The notes: generated by a model not told the origin, from the sequence alone. A DNA stretch of 62,626 nt, filler included, from Globobulimina sp. (GCA_003354225.1; 35 parts of 35 records of this genome joined end to end with filler, not necessarily neighbours in it); one strand, 5' to 3'. Counted from the first letter of the whole stretch, positions 46,763 through 58,394 are shown. Numbers and translations: made by a program.

Positions 46763-46985
46763 AGTCGCAAGAAGAATCTACGAAAGAAATGGCCGCTTTG
46801 TCTGGACAATAAATATAAACTTGTATATATTAGTTTTGTATATGATATGTTATTCATTCTTTTTCTGATGGTTTTGTTTTTTTTGAGTGGTCATTATTGA
46901 ACATCCACATATAATCCTCCGTTCCTCGACATTTAAGCTTGATTTAACTCAAAGTTTTCGCACAATTTCACATCTTAACTGCAAC

Positions 46986-48224
46986 ATGATTGGAAAGGTG
47001 GAACATTGTAAAAAAGTGTCATGCATATTGAACAAAGTTGGATATTCTGAAAGTGTCAAAATCGTAAACACTTTACAAGGTTTAATATTAAATTCTATCT
47101 ATCCTTATTTATTAATTTATAATACAAACTAGAGATTATTTACAAACACAGGAAGTATTTGGCGAGCAAGAAATAATAACCAACCCTCAGAGAAAACCTC
47201 TGTAATTAAAGTAACGGATAAATATTTACATCAAAACTCAATCTCCATAATTGGTGATAAAGCGTATCCAGTCAAAGAAGACGTATTGTTGGAAAAACGC
47301 ATCTTAAAATATTTGACGCAGCATGAGAATTTTCCAAAAAGTATAGTGAAATACCGACATTTTTTCAAAAGGTATATACATCAACAATCTGCATATTATT
47401 TATCGTCAATCTGATTATATCTGTATATGTATACCGAATACTACCGATACAGCAACAGCTCTTATTATTTAGTAATGGAAGATGGTGGTTCTTCGTTGTT
47501 TGATTTCGTGAAATATGCGCATGTTATAATGCTATCTGAAGAATACGAAGTATGTAATTGGTCAAAAGTCGTTCAAATAATATTCAAACAAATGGTTGAA
47601 TGCATCGATTATATCCATTCCAAAAACGTTTGCCATTTTGATATTTCTTTGGAAAACTTTTTGGTGAATAGCGTTGATGTCGTAGTTAAAAAATGTGGCA
47701 ATGTCTCGGAATTAACATTTGTGACCGACAATATACAAATTAAGCTCTGTGATTTTGGTACGTATGTACGTGATGTGTGCTTTTTATATTTTCATCGTTA
47801 ATCTGATCTGATCTGTCTCATCTGAGTCTGACTGAATATGTGCTTTTTGTAAGGATTGGCGGAGTTATTTACAAAATCAGAGTGTAAAAGTTCGAAAATT
47901 TGTGGCAAAAAAAATTACAAATCACCCGAAGTGGCCACAAAATACAAACGTTTTGATGCAAAGAAGAATGACATTTGGTGTGTTGGCGTAAGTTTATTTA
48001 TGATGGCGACTGGCGGTGTTTTGTGGAGTGTTGCAAGGACCGATGATGTGTTATTCAAACGTGTTGTAGCTGGTCATTTAGGTTCTACTTTGAAAGAATT
48101 AAAGTGGAGAATATTGGATGATATTGATACGGATTTAGTGGATTTATTGCAATGTATATTTCAATACGAATCGTGTCGAATTGGTTTAGATTTAATTAAA
48201 AAACATCAATGGATGAAAAAGTGA
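46986..48224 (+). CDS. Ser/Thr protein kinase (CAMK-like, HFDISLEN type), four exons; introns about 47080-47150, 47372-47452, 47758-47853
   Basis: TLQG|SIW, VIK, EDVLLEKRIL, HFDISLEN, DFG|LAE, GKKNYKSPE, DIWCVGV; GT-AG borders. Confidence 0.92.
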
Positions 48225-48395
48225 TTTGTAAAATTAAAGAAAATTAAATTTCTAATAAAAAAGTTAAGAAAATATAAAAATATTATATTTTACCTNNNNN
48301 NNNNNNNNNNNNNNNNNNNNNNNNNNNNNNNNNNNNNNNTTAATTAATTAANNNNNNNNNNNNNNNNNNNNNNNNNNNNNNNNNNNNNNNNNNNN

Positions 48396-49073
48396 TTAAT
48401 TCGTTATCTTCCTGATGTAGATTGTAATCATTATGGTTGTAATCATATGCATATTCCTGGCCGTTATGATTATATCCATTCATCGGATATGTTGCTTAAT
48501 GGACTTGGAAAGATATCCAATGGAAACATTATTTATTATGAAGTGAAATTTATTAAAATGTTAATATCTTTTTTGGCGGAATGTACTATGGGAATATCCG
48601 TCGGATTTAGTACTCATATCAGTTGTTGCAGTGATGATGGGATGTTGGGATGGAGTAAGAATTCAGTTGGATTGCATTGTGATGATGGTCGAGTATATTG
48701 TCTTGATTTCAATGATAATCACGGCCGACAATCACTGGTAAATTCATATGCTGATAAATACGGCGATGTCATTGGTTGTGGTTATAACTATGATATAAAG
48801 CATGTATTTTTTACAAAAAATGGCAAATTAATTTCAAGTGAAAAAGTGCAGTTTATTGATTTAGATACTCCGTTTGATGCAACATTGGTCATTTTCAGTA
48901 AAGTGAATATGATCAAATCGCAGAAATTTAAAAATATGACAAATCAAGAAAGTGAGTGTTTAGCTGAATTTAATTTTGGCACAAAAAAATTTGCATTCGA
49001 TATTGAGAGTTATAATGGAGAAACAGTCCCAAAATTACTGGTATTTATGAGTGACATTTATAAGATAAAGTGA
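48396..49073 (+). CDS. SPRY-domain protein (RanBP9/Ssh4-like SPRY), 5' partial
   Basis: YYEVK, ISVGF, MLGWSKNSVGLHCDDG, GDVIGCGY, VFFTKNG, NFGTKKF. Confidence 0.9.
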   Translation, partial: LIRYLPDVDCNHYGCNHMHIPGRYDYIHSSDMLLNGLGKISNGNIIYYEVKFIKMLISFLAECTMGISVGFSTHISCCSDDGMLGWSKNSVGLHCDDGRVYCLDFNDNHGRQSLVNSYADKYGDVIGCGYNYDIKHVFFTKNGKLISSEKVQFIDLDTPFDATLVIFSKVNMIKSQKFKNMTNQESECLAEFNFGTKKFAFDIESYNGETVPKLLVFMSDIYKIK

Positions 49074-49168
49074 TATGTGTTCACACTTGTTTTGTGATTG
49101 ACTAAACAATATATTTCAAAAGATATCAAAACAAATTTATAATTGGGATATATCCAAACAAATATAAA

Positions 49169-49906
49169 TCATTGAAGATCTTTAGATTGTTGTACCAAAT
49201 GCATCATTTGTTTCTTCATTTGTTCCTTTTCATTACTAATTGAAGGCGATACTATATTTGTATTTGTATTATAAGATGTCGATACAGTGTGACTGTCTCT
49301 TGACAAATTCATATATTCTTGTTTCATATCATCATGCAAAGAAAAAATATCCTCGGAACTCCACGGTGTTGTGGTTGACTGGCGATAAACATTGCTCTTT
49401 CGTTTGGTATTAGAATTGGAATTATGACCAGATTTCAATATGTCAATCTCTTCTCGTTCTGCTTCATCAAGTGAGCTAACGCTAAAACCATAATTGTCCA
49501 ATTGTGCAATCTCCATTGTATCCATATCAGTGAGCTCAAGATCACTGTCGGTTGCATAATGTGCAAATATTGCTGTTTCTAAGTCTTCTGGATTTGATAA
49601 TTGTTGCAGTACTTTTAATCGCTTATTTGTCTCTGTTTCCTGTATACGATAATCTTCAGCATTTTGTTTAGATCCTTTGGGAGCAAATTCAGCATCAATT
49701 GTCAATAATAATTCCATTGTTTTTTCGTTCATTGATGGCAATACATTATCACCGTCTCTATTTTTCAGATTATTTGTGTTTTGTTTGACTTTGTTTGTGC
49801 TCATATTTATATCTAATAATTGAGCTAATGTATCTTCATCGTCACTCTCAATCGAATCATTTGTAAATATTTCCTGACAACATTTGATCCCAAGCTGTTG
49901 ACCCAT
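49169..49906 (-). CDS. Hypothetical acidic protein with a predicted myristoylation/palmitoylation N-terminus
   Basis: Complete 245-aa ORF starting MGQQLGIKCC. Confidence 0.7.
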   Translation of the reverse strand: MGQQLGIKCCQEIFTNDSIESDDEDTLAQLLDINMSTNKVKQNTNNLKNRDGDNVLPSMNEKTMELLLTIDAEFAPKGSKQNAEDYRIQETETNKRLKVLQQLSNPEDLETAIFAHYATDSDLELTDMDTMEIAQLDNYGFSVSSLDEAEREEIDILKSGHNSNSNTKRKSNVYRQSTTTPWSSEDIFSLHDDMKQEYMNLSRDSHTVSTSYNTNTNIVSPSISNEKEQMKKQMMHLVQQSKDLQ

Positions 49907-50284
49907 GGTTGGAATTAGGTTTTTTAATGATGTTGTTGTCGATAATTTGGTTAGGAGATGGTGATGACCTCCATATGTTTTAAAATTTTAGAACTTTATG
50001 ATTACAATAAAAAAATTACAAATAGACTCCAAACCAAAGTTTGAAAATAAAAATAAATACAAAAATTAATTAAAACAGAACAAAAAANNNNNNNNNNNNN
50101 NNNNNNNNNNNNNNNNNNNNNNNNNNNNNNNTTAATTAATTAANNNNNNNNNNNNNNNNNNNNNNNNNNNNNNNNNNNNNNNNNNNNGATACAAACATCA
50201 CAGCACAGCACGCAATGACTGACAATAAAAGAATAGCGGTTGGCGTCGCTGTGTTTTTTTTATTGTATACATATGTTTTTGCGG

Positions 50285-50776
50285 TTAGAATATTATATGA
50301 ATTGTATGAAAAACGAAACTTAAATTGACTCCTGACGTTGTTTGAGACATATGATTGACAGTTGAGGAATATGCTAAGTCCGAACAACTATCAGTTCCAT
50401 CACATTGGAGGACGCAATCACCCGTTCCACAGGACACATGTATAGAGTTTGTGCATGCGTTTGTTGCGGAACAGAGGATGGTTACATCGGTAGCGTCATT
50501 TGCATTGATGGTTAAATTGGAACAAGCTTGGTTTGCTGCGCATGTTATTGAACATGCATCATTTGCTCGACAATTTATTGTAACGTCTGAACAGAGAGAG
50601 GGCTCTCCACATCTAAGTATAAGTTAATTAATATTGGAAAAAAGGTATGATGCCTTGGCCGAAACAACATACTCCAATGTACATAAGCCACCAGCTCCAT
50701 CACTGCATTGTATGAGTTGGCTACTCATATTGCTCATCATTGAGAGTAAAAGGGAGAGTACGATGTTGTACGACAT
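50285..50776 (-). CDS. Secreted Cys-rich repeat protein, intron 50613-50672 (absent from the ORF track; 3' end uncertain)
   Basis: Signal MSYNIVLSLLLSMM, then spliced CTLE|CGEPSLCSDVTINCRANDACSITCAANQACSNLTINA...CGTGDCVLQCDGTDSC. Confidence 0.75.
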
Positions 50777-50852
50777 GATTATCCAAAATTGTTTAAGTTT
50801 TTTTTATTTTGATTTTTTTCCCCAAAACCCTGAAAGTTATTAACAAACTACA

Positions 50853-51879
50853 ATGTCAACAACCTCAAGTTATAAATATAAACGAACAGCCAGCGGTTTA
50901 TCACAGATTGAAAAGTTTGCATTCTCATTAATTCGATCAGCAACATGTCATTCACTTTGTATGCCCGTGCATCGATACGGTACAATATTGCAAGTTAAAA
51001 AAACAATGCTTGAAATACAAGACGCATCAGACTGGGAATTCAAAAATATGAATTTTTTGACTGTATTTGATGTGAATAGTGCAATGGCAATATATTATCG
51101 AACATGTTTATTGCTAACCTCTCATGGCACTGCACAAATTTTTAAAGAAAAAATAAAGCGCAAAATAAATGTTCAACGCACAGATCAACGCTACATTCGC
51201 ATCATAAAAAGAGTTTCATTTTCAACCCTAACTCGCCTCATTACCTTCTCTTTCGGTCATTATTTTAGTTTGATGCAATCCCTGTCCTCCATTAACAAAC
51301 TCCCACCAAACAGACAGTGGAGGTTTGGTTTCACGCAACGAGGTTTTACCATGCTTTGTATAACAACTATCATTGATCAATTATTATGGTACAGCTCCTA
51401 TTATTTGTTTGCGCCATATGTCAAAAAAACAATGCACTCCAAAATCAGAACATATGCGTCAAACTTTATGATCCATCCGTTATACTCCATTATGCGAAGA
51501 CAAATGATCACAAATGAGAATATATACGATGCTACAAAGGGAATTATAAAAAATTACGGATTTTTGTCCTTATTTGATGGCGCATTGTGTGAAATATTCC
51601 GCAGTATAATTTACGATATCTCTGGAAAGACATTTGATTTATTATTGAAGAAATACGTGTTATGGAAATATGATGTTTATGGCATTAAAAATACATTGAT
51701 TTTATGCAAAGAATATGTGGATATTATTGAAAAAGATAACATTTTATGTCATGGATATATACGACAATGTATGCAGGAGCTAAATGCGACATATTGTGCC
51801 AATATTTATATTCCAAAACAATTAAAAGATTTAATTGCAAATAAGTTTTATCACGAGGAGGAATATGATATTTTAAATG
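50853..51879 (+). CDS. Highly divergent mitochondrial carrier (ADP/ATP translocase-like) with a C-terminal extension, 3' partial
   Basis: SLCMPVHRYGTILQV, HPLYSIMRRQMI and GFLSLFDGALCEIFR align by eye to ANT TAVAPIERVKLLLQV, YPFDTVRRRMMM and FKGAWSNVLR. Confidence 0.7.
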
Positions 51880-51979
51880 NNNNNNNNNNNNNNNNNNNNN
51901 NNNNNNNNNNNNNNNNNNNNNNNTTAATTAATTAANNNNNNNNNNNNNNNNNNNNNNNNNNNNNNNNNNNNNNNNNNNN

Positions 51980-52243
51980 TGGTGTCAATATGCTGCATTG
52001 GTGCGGTCGTTGGTACTGTTGTTTGTTTTGGATTTGTATTGTTTTTGATAGTGTTTTCGATCAATTAGCGAGTGTATGTACAAAACTTGTTGGGTTTGCT
52101 GTTGGGTTTGGGGTTGGATTGGGTGTTGGATTGGGGGTGGGATTGGGTGTTGGTGATGGTGTTGTTTCTGGCATTTGAGCGCAAATGGTTGTGAATAATG
52201 ATAAAGTAAATAATAACCAGAAACATTTTGTAGATGGATGCAT
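51980..52243 (-). CDS. Secreted protein N-terminus with (PTPN)n repeats, 3' partial
   Basis: MHPSTKCFWLLFTLSLFTTICAQ followed by PTPN repeats, then a GT donor-like site. Confidence 0.6.
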
Positions 52244-52382
52244 GAATGTTAACGATGATATTTGCGATCGAGGGAAGCAAGTAACAACTAACAAGTGGAT
52301 ATTACTTTTGAGTCTTCTTTAAGTTGCCATGACCACAAATGTTGATGTGGTGTTTTGAAAAACTGTCAAGGTTGAAATAATA

Positions 52383-52916
52383 ATGTTATCCTCAACTGAA
52401 CAAACACAAACAGCGCTTTTCGGAGGTTGCGGTCTGCTGCTGGTTATAGGAGGATGTGTAATGATAGGACTTGGTATCCGCTCTGGTTCGCAGTCCGCAC
52501 AGGTTTATCCAACACCACACAGTCAATGCGTTATTCAGGGATTTAATTCATATCATTGTCACTGCACTGCACAATCAGAAGTGGACTGTGATAGTATACA
52601 ACAAGATATCGATTTCTTTCAGTATATGTATTATGCCATATCAAATGAAACATGTGGGACTCACCTAATTAAATCCACAAAGGATGAATGTGAAATGTTA
52701 AATGCAAAGGACACACCATATGGGATTGGCTCACAGTTTGCATGTCATATTGAAGATTGTGATGGATTCTTTGTTTTTCAACAAATCAACGACATGCAAA
52801 CGGATATAAATGCACAAATATTTGTTGGTTTAGGCATTTCGTTGATTCTCATTGCTGGGTTTTGTTGTATAGCAGCGTTGATAAGTGGTAGCACCTGTTA
52901 TTACAGAACTGGTTAA
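52383..52916 (+). CDS. Two-TM protein with a Cys-rich extracellular loop
   Basis: Complete 177 aa with terminal hydrophobic helices and 8 Cys in the loop. Confidence 0.75.
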   Translation: MLSSTEQTQTALFGGCGLLLVIGGCVMIGLGIRSGSQSAQVYPTPHSQCVIQGFNSYHCHCTAQSEVDCDSIQQDIDFFQYMYYAISNETCGTHLIKSTKDECEMLNAKDTPYGIGSQFACHIEDCDGFFVFQQINDMQTDINAQIFVGLGISLILIAGFCCIAALISGSTCYYRTG

Positions 52917-53162
52917 TATGAATTAGTTTATTCTTGATTGTATACCATGTATACAACAATAAAGTATATGTTGCCACTTGAAATGTGTGTAATTTATATT
53001 AAGTTTAAAGTTTTTTTGGTTTCATGTTTACAATGGCGCATATTTTAGGATTTCAGTGCGTAACGTTTATAATGTTAATATTTAATTTAATTAATATTTA
53101 CAAAAGCAAAAAAATAAATAACTAAAATCATATATATAAAAATATCAAAAAATCAATCTATA

Positions 53163-53671
53163 TCATTCATGATCACTTTCCTCCTCTTCAATGTTAGATA
53201 CTATTTGTTTTTTATTCGCATTCATCATTTGATAAAATATAGACTCTTCACCGCTATCCAACAGATTTTGCGGTGTGTCATATTCCATAATTTGCCCATC
53301 CGATAACACCAAAATTTTATCATAATCCACAATGGTCTCCAATCTATGCGCAATGCAAATAACCGTTACATTTTTAAATTCCTTTCGTATCAATGTCTGT
53401 ATTAAATTATCTGTATGTTTATCAATCGCAGACGTCGCTTCATCTAAAAACAACACCGATGACCTTTTTAATAATGCCCTGCCGATACAAATTAACTGTT
53501 TCTGTCCAGCACTGAAATTATTGCCACCCTCAGCCACCATAAACTGTAATTTATCCCTTTTGTTATATATAAATTCATACAACTTACATTTTTTTAATGT
53601 TTCCCATATCTCACTATCCAAATACTCGCTAAATGGGTCTAAATTAAACCGCAATGTGCCAGAAAATAACA
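53163..53671 (-). CDS. ABCC/MRP transporter second nucleotide-binding domain, 5' partial
   Basis: LFSGTLRFNLDPF, NFSAGQKQLICIGRALL, LDEATSAID, IAHRL. Confidence 0.95.
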
Positions 53672-53771
53672 NNNNNNNNNNNNNNNNNNNNNNNNNNNNN
53701 NNNNNNNNNNNNNNNTTAATTAATTAANNNNNNNNNNNNNNNNNNNNNNNNNNNNNNNNNNNNNNNNNNNN

Positions 53772-54660
53772 ACAATGGCCCGGATTCCACGCCGTTTTTG
53801 CTCCATTCCATCATTTTCCAACGCGGTTCGAATGTGGATAAATGGCTTAAATATCGCTCAAATACGCCGGCGGCGCGCACAAATTGCTTCAATTTCTCTT
53901 TGTAAAACTGACGAATTCGCGGATAATCCCTGGCATGTATTTGCGTGGGAACTTTCCCAAATAACTCATCGATATAAAATTCGTACTTGCCTGGAATTAA
54001 AAGTGTTTGCAAAGTCGGAGTGCGAGGATGAAAAACAGTGCATATACTGGGTAATATACCTGGTAACAAAGTCAAATTGACTTCGAAGTCCCAGTCTTTG
54101 TCCTCGATTTCGTGACTATTGACACAGCCAACCTGCACTTTGCAGGGTTTGATGCTTTCGAAACCATTGTGGCGGTCTTTCAACAACGTCTCCGCCTCCT
54201 CTTTGGTGTATTGCTTGCGCGACAACGACACGTATTTGGTTAAGGTGGTCATATTCTGCTTGGCTTCGAACTTAAATTCGAACTGATTCGTATGTTCATT
54301 GTATTGGATGAAATCGTCGCAGTCAAACGCGCGGAATATAGTATTCACAGTGGCTTTGAGGAAAGGCTGCGATTTGTGCTGTAACCAGATTTGGTCGAAA
54401 AAGGAAGACGATGAACGCTTGCGTTCTGAGGAACGAATGGCGACACTACGACGCCGGTTATCTGGATGTCCGCTCATATCGCCGCTGCCCATATCCATGC
54501 GGTACTGGTTATGCATCGAGATGCCAATGGTCGGCGTGGTGGTGGACACAACGTTGCGTACATTGCGAGTGTGCTTCAATTGGAGAATAAATACGGATTT
54601 CTCATCGATTTTTTGGTCCAATTGGTAGGCCTGAATCCGGATATGATACGAGTTGGACAC
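53772..54660 (-). CDS. Hypothetical protein, 3' partial
   Basis: Open frame of about 296 codons with coding-like GC content. No domain recognised. Confidence 0.6.
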
Positions 54661-55250
54661 ATTGGATATCTCTTTGGATAGGCTGTGTATTGCAAATGCA
54701 ACATGGGATTAGGGGGTAAGCAGCGTGACAGAGCATATTACAAATGCAAAGAAGTAGGTTACGACATGTTTGATGTTTTAAAAATCGACAGTCAATCTGT
54801 TGAAGGAGGTACTCTTTGAAACTGTACACTTAGGAATGTGGTTGATTTGCAATCGGTCGATTTAGATGTTTGTGGGTACATACTTTATTTTACTGGCAGT
54901 ATACGTATCTCCTCTCCATTTCACAGTGATAACTTCGCGGAACATAGACTAGTTTTGGATTTGAATGTGAATAAAAATGAATTTGTGCTAAAATGGTTGT
55001 ATTGTTCTGTGCCACGTTTGCTGATTGCGGTTCTGCTTTGGTTATTTGTTTAAAATAAATTCACGCGTTCATGTAATGCGAACTAGTTTGTGAGCACAGA
55101 AAGTAAGTTTTTGTTAAGAAACACATTTTAGTATTCTTGAGAAACAGATGGTTTGTTGTTGACCATCACCGATATCCTACATATCCAGATATCCTATACA
55201 TAAAATAAAATCCAACAATTTCTAGCGTTGAACCAAAGGAAAAGATCATT

Positions 55251-55462
55251 ATGTTAGCCATAGCAATTAGGTTTATTACGATCCTTTCAATTGCATTCAT
55301 TGCAGCCAATGCATCGAATACATCTGTTTGCGTTGACAAAGGAGTTTTTGTTGATATTCGAGGACCATTTAAGCATCTTTTATTTGATGAAACTTTAAAT
55401 GGTGACATATATTATTATCCCAGACCGCACACAGCGGTGGTAACGCAGTACTTATATCCGTT
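55251..55462 (+). CDS. Secreted protein N-terminus, 3' partial
   Basis: Signal peptide MLAIAIRFITILSIAFIAANA. Confidence 0.5.
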
Positions 55463-56229
55463 NNNNNNNNNNNNNNNNNNNNNNNNNNNNNNNNNNNNNN
55501 NNNNNNTTAATTAATTAANNNNNNNNNNNNNNNNNNNNNNNNNNNNNNNNNNNNNNNNNNNNAATATGGCGCAAATTCGCAATGCATAGATCCTTCGCAT
55601 AGGCACCTTTTTTGCGGAACATAAGTGTGGAGCTTTTTTAGTTTTTTTTTCTATGAACTAAGCCTATGGTGGAGCTGACGCTGATATATGAATTTAATTA
55701 CACACATTCAAAGACTCAAGTTATTACATATCACACAAGGGATTTATTAAATATATGGTTGTTATAAGTAAACAAATGTTTACAGCGAACAGACATTCAA
55801 TGGTAGAGATCAAAGGTAAACATATGGAAAACAAAAGAAAAATAAATATTTTGATTGGTAGGATTGGAATATATTGGAATATTAAATAAATGGCCACCAG
55901 ATTGAAAAGAAAATAAAATTAACTTAAATACATATTAAGAATTAAAAATGTTTTTGTTTTATTTATATGCAAAAGAAAATAAAGTATAAAAACTTTTCCG
56001 CAAAACTGTCTGTATGGTAATTAAATGCCCGACATTAAATGCCCAATGTCGAGCATGGAGCCAACATCTGTTCCGCTAAAAGCAACAGTGTTATCCTCAC
56101 CAACGCAAAAGCAACTGGGTCACCACGTGTGGGTCACCGACGGCAAAATGACAATGAATCATGTGGCGACAGCAATCATTATGTAACGGGTAGAAAAGAA
56201 TGATTTTATGGAATGGATGAGTTTGGATA

Positions 56230-56362
56230 GAAAATATCCAAACGACGGCGCATCACAATGAAACTATATCCAAACGGCTCCTCACAATGGAATAATATCA
56301 ACAGCGCCAAGCAATGAAATAATATCAAACGGCGCCAAAGCAAAGAAATAATATCCAAACGT
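56230..56362. repeat. Imperfect ~28-31-bp tandem repeat, about 4.5 units
   Basis: Units of the form AATATCCAAACGGCGC..CA(C/A)AATGAAAT. Confidence 0.75.
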
Positions 56363-56440
56363 TGTACTATTTAATAAATGTAAAGAAAGTGTGTTAAATG
56401 CTTTCCTTCATTTTTCCAATTTTTCAATTTTTTCTTTCAG

Positions 56441-57196
56441 TTGTTGTCATCCCAAACCACCATCTTTCTAACGCTATCAATGATTCAATTTATAATTGTC
56501 ATAAATCTCACAACACGAAAATAATGATCACAAATATCAATCAAGTAAACAGTATGAATCATTTAATAACTCCACAAAATAACCACACAACAACATCAAT
56601 ATCTGTTCACCATCAACCAGGTCAAGACGAAAACGTTCCGAATTCGAACATTGATCTTAAAAAACCTAAACAAATGAAACATAAATGCAATATACCGTCT
56701 TTACTGCCATTTAAACGCGAAAAATTTTGTACAAAATTTAATTGGAAGGAAAATTATGAAATTGATAAAGTATTTGAAGACCCATCATTTAAATGTGAAA
56801 AATGCAATAAATCATTCAAAACAATATTTATCCTCACATATTCGAAAAGTGCATAATGGCCGGAAATTTAAATGTGATGTTTGTCATAAAACATTCAAAC
56901 AAAGCACGGCTTTGGTTTGTCATAAAAGAATACATAGCGGAGAGAGGCCATTCAAATGTGATATTTGTAGCAAAGCATTCAAACAAAAGGCGCATTTGGT
57001 TTGTCATAAAAGAATACATACCGGAGAGAGGCCATTCAAATGCGAACATTGTGACAAAGCATACACACGACATGGTCATAGAAACCGCCATCAAAAAAAA
57101 TGCAAATTCAAATCAAATATTGGCCATTCAACACAATATGGCGCAAATTCGCAATGCATAGATCCTTCGCATAGGCACCTTTTTTGCGGAACATAA
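56441..57196 (+). pseudogene. Krueppel-type C2H2 zinc-finger gene (4 fingers), frameshifted in finger 1
   Basis: FKCEKCNKSFK lies in one frame and QYLSSHIRKVH in the next (about 56821), followed by three intact fingers with HSGERPF/HTGERPF linkers. Acceptor TTTCAG ends at 56440. Confidence 0.75.
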
Positions 57197-57684
57197 GTGT
57201 GGAGCTTTTTTAGTTTTTTTTTCTATGAACTAAGCCTATGGTGGAGCTGACGCNNNNNNNNNNNNNNNNNNNNNNNNNNNNNNNNNNNNNNNNNNNNTTA
57301 ATTAATTAANNNNNNNNNNNNNNNNNNNNNNNNNNNNNNNNNNNNNNNNNNNNAAGTTAACAAATAAGAAAAAAAATGCTTGTTGTTGTGTATGCTGAAT
57401 GAACCTTGTATGGGAGGGGTACCTGTACGCAAACTAACTTTTCTGACACTAGTCTGATATTTAAATCAAATTTTTGCATACACATTTCAAATAAACACGG
57501 CTTTGTCAATGGGAAAATCATCAAAACCACGCACCAACAAACAACTGTAATCGCTACGAACTTGCTACTCATTCTTAGTATACATTATTAGATTAGATGA
57601 ATTTAACATAAACAGTGTGTATAAAAACACAAAGTTTAGCAGTGGGTGTATAAAAAAGAAAAAATACACAAAGAAAACACACAG

Positions 57685-57759
57685 ACTCACACAGAATAAC
57701 TCACACAGAATAACTCACACAGAATAACTAACTCACACAGAATAACTAACTCACACAGA
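57685..57759. repeat. Minisatellite ACTCACACAGAATA(ACTA), about 5 units
   Basis: Read directly; 14- and 18-bp variants. Confidence 0.9.
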
Positions 57760-58394
57760 CCTTCTCAAATAAAACAACAAAATAACAATCAATTTTATTA
57801 TCCATTAATAGTAGTCGTAGTATAACATTCATGTTTTTCAAAGGCACAAGGCAAAACATAGTTTTTTATTCAAAAAAACTAGCGGAAAAAAATAGACAAA
57901 ATCTTTGGATCACATGATAGGAAATAAAACAATCTAACTTTAATTTCAACAAATTGCTGCTATATATTCAATATTGATTTTTTTCCTAAAAAGTTTAATT
58001 GATACAATTAATGCCTTTTGAATTTAAGTCAAGATTAGATATAACCAATAATAAATTCGGGAATCGCCCATAAACTCATAAACAATTGTACCATCATTTA
58101 CTAATAAACATTTGCACAATGTGTTGGATCTTTTGCTTAATAATCAAAATTACTGTAAACAATGGAAATAATAAATATGAATCGTCATCATAATACATTG
58201 CTTTCTTTGTACCGCTATTTATAATTTCTAGCAACTGAAAAAATATCAAAATATGATGAAAATATCATTAAAAAAACGTGATGGTAAAAAAGTTTTTCAG
58301 TCAGAGTATTTTAACCAAAAGTTGCAATTGTAAGAAACAAAAGGAATTAAATTGTACGTAACCAAACCACTTCAAACCCAAACAAAATAACAAA

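Larger units (their letters stand above)
55563..57253. repeat. Contig with an exact 119-bp direct terminal repeat (55563-55681 = 57135-57253); unit length 1572 bp
   Basis: Both copies read AATATGGCGCAAATTCGC...GGAGCTGACGC identically, including the T runs. Confidence 0.95.

Noticed and set aside
56230-56362. CRISPR array
   Set aside because: Repeats are adjacent and degenerate with no unique spacers, there are no cas genes, and the context is eukaryotic.
57685-57759. CRISPR or telomeric repeat
   Set aside because: A simple internal 14/18-bp minisatellite without spacers or a G-rich telomere pattern.
57800-58300. Coding region in an alternative (TAA/TAG-reassigned) genetic code
   Set aside because: No convincing protein emerges, and conserved genes here (RPL27, cullin, SCCPDH) end at TAA at the expected positions under the standard code.
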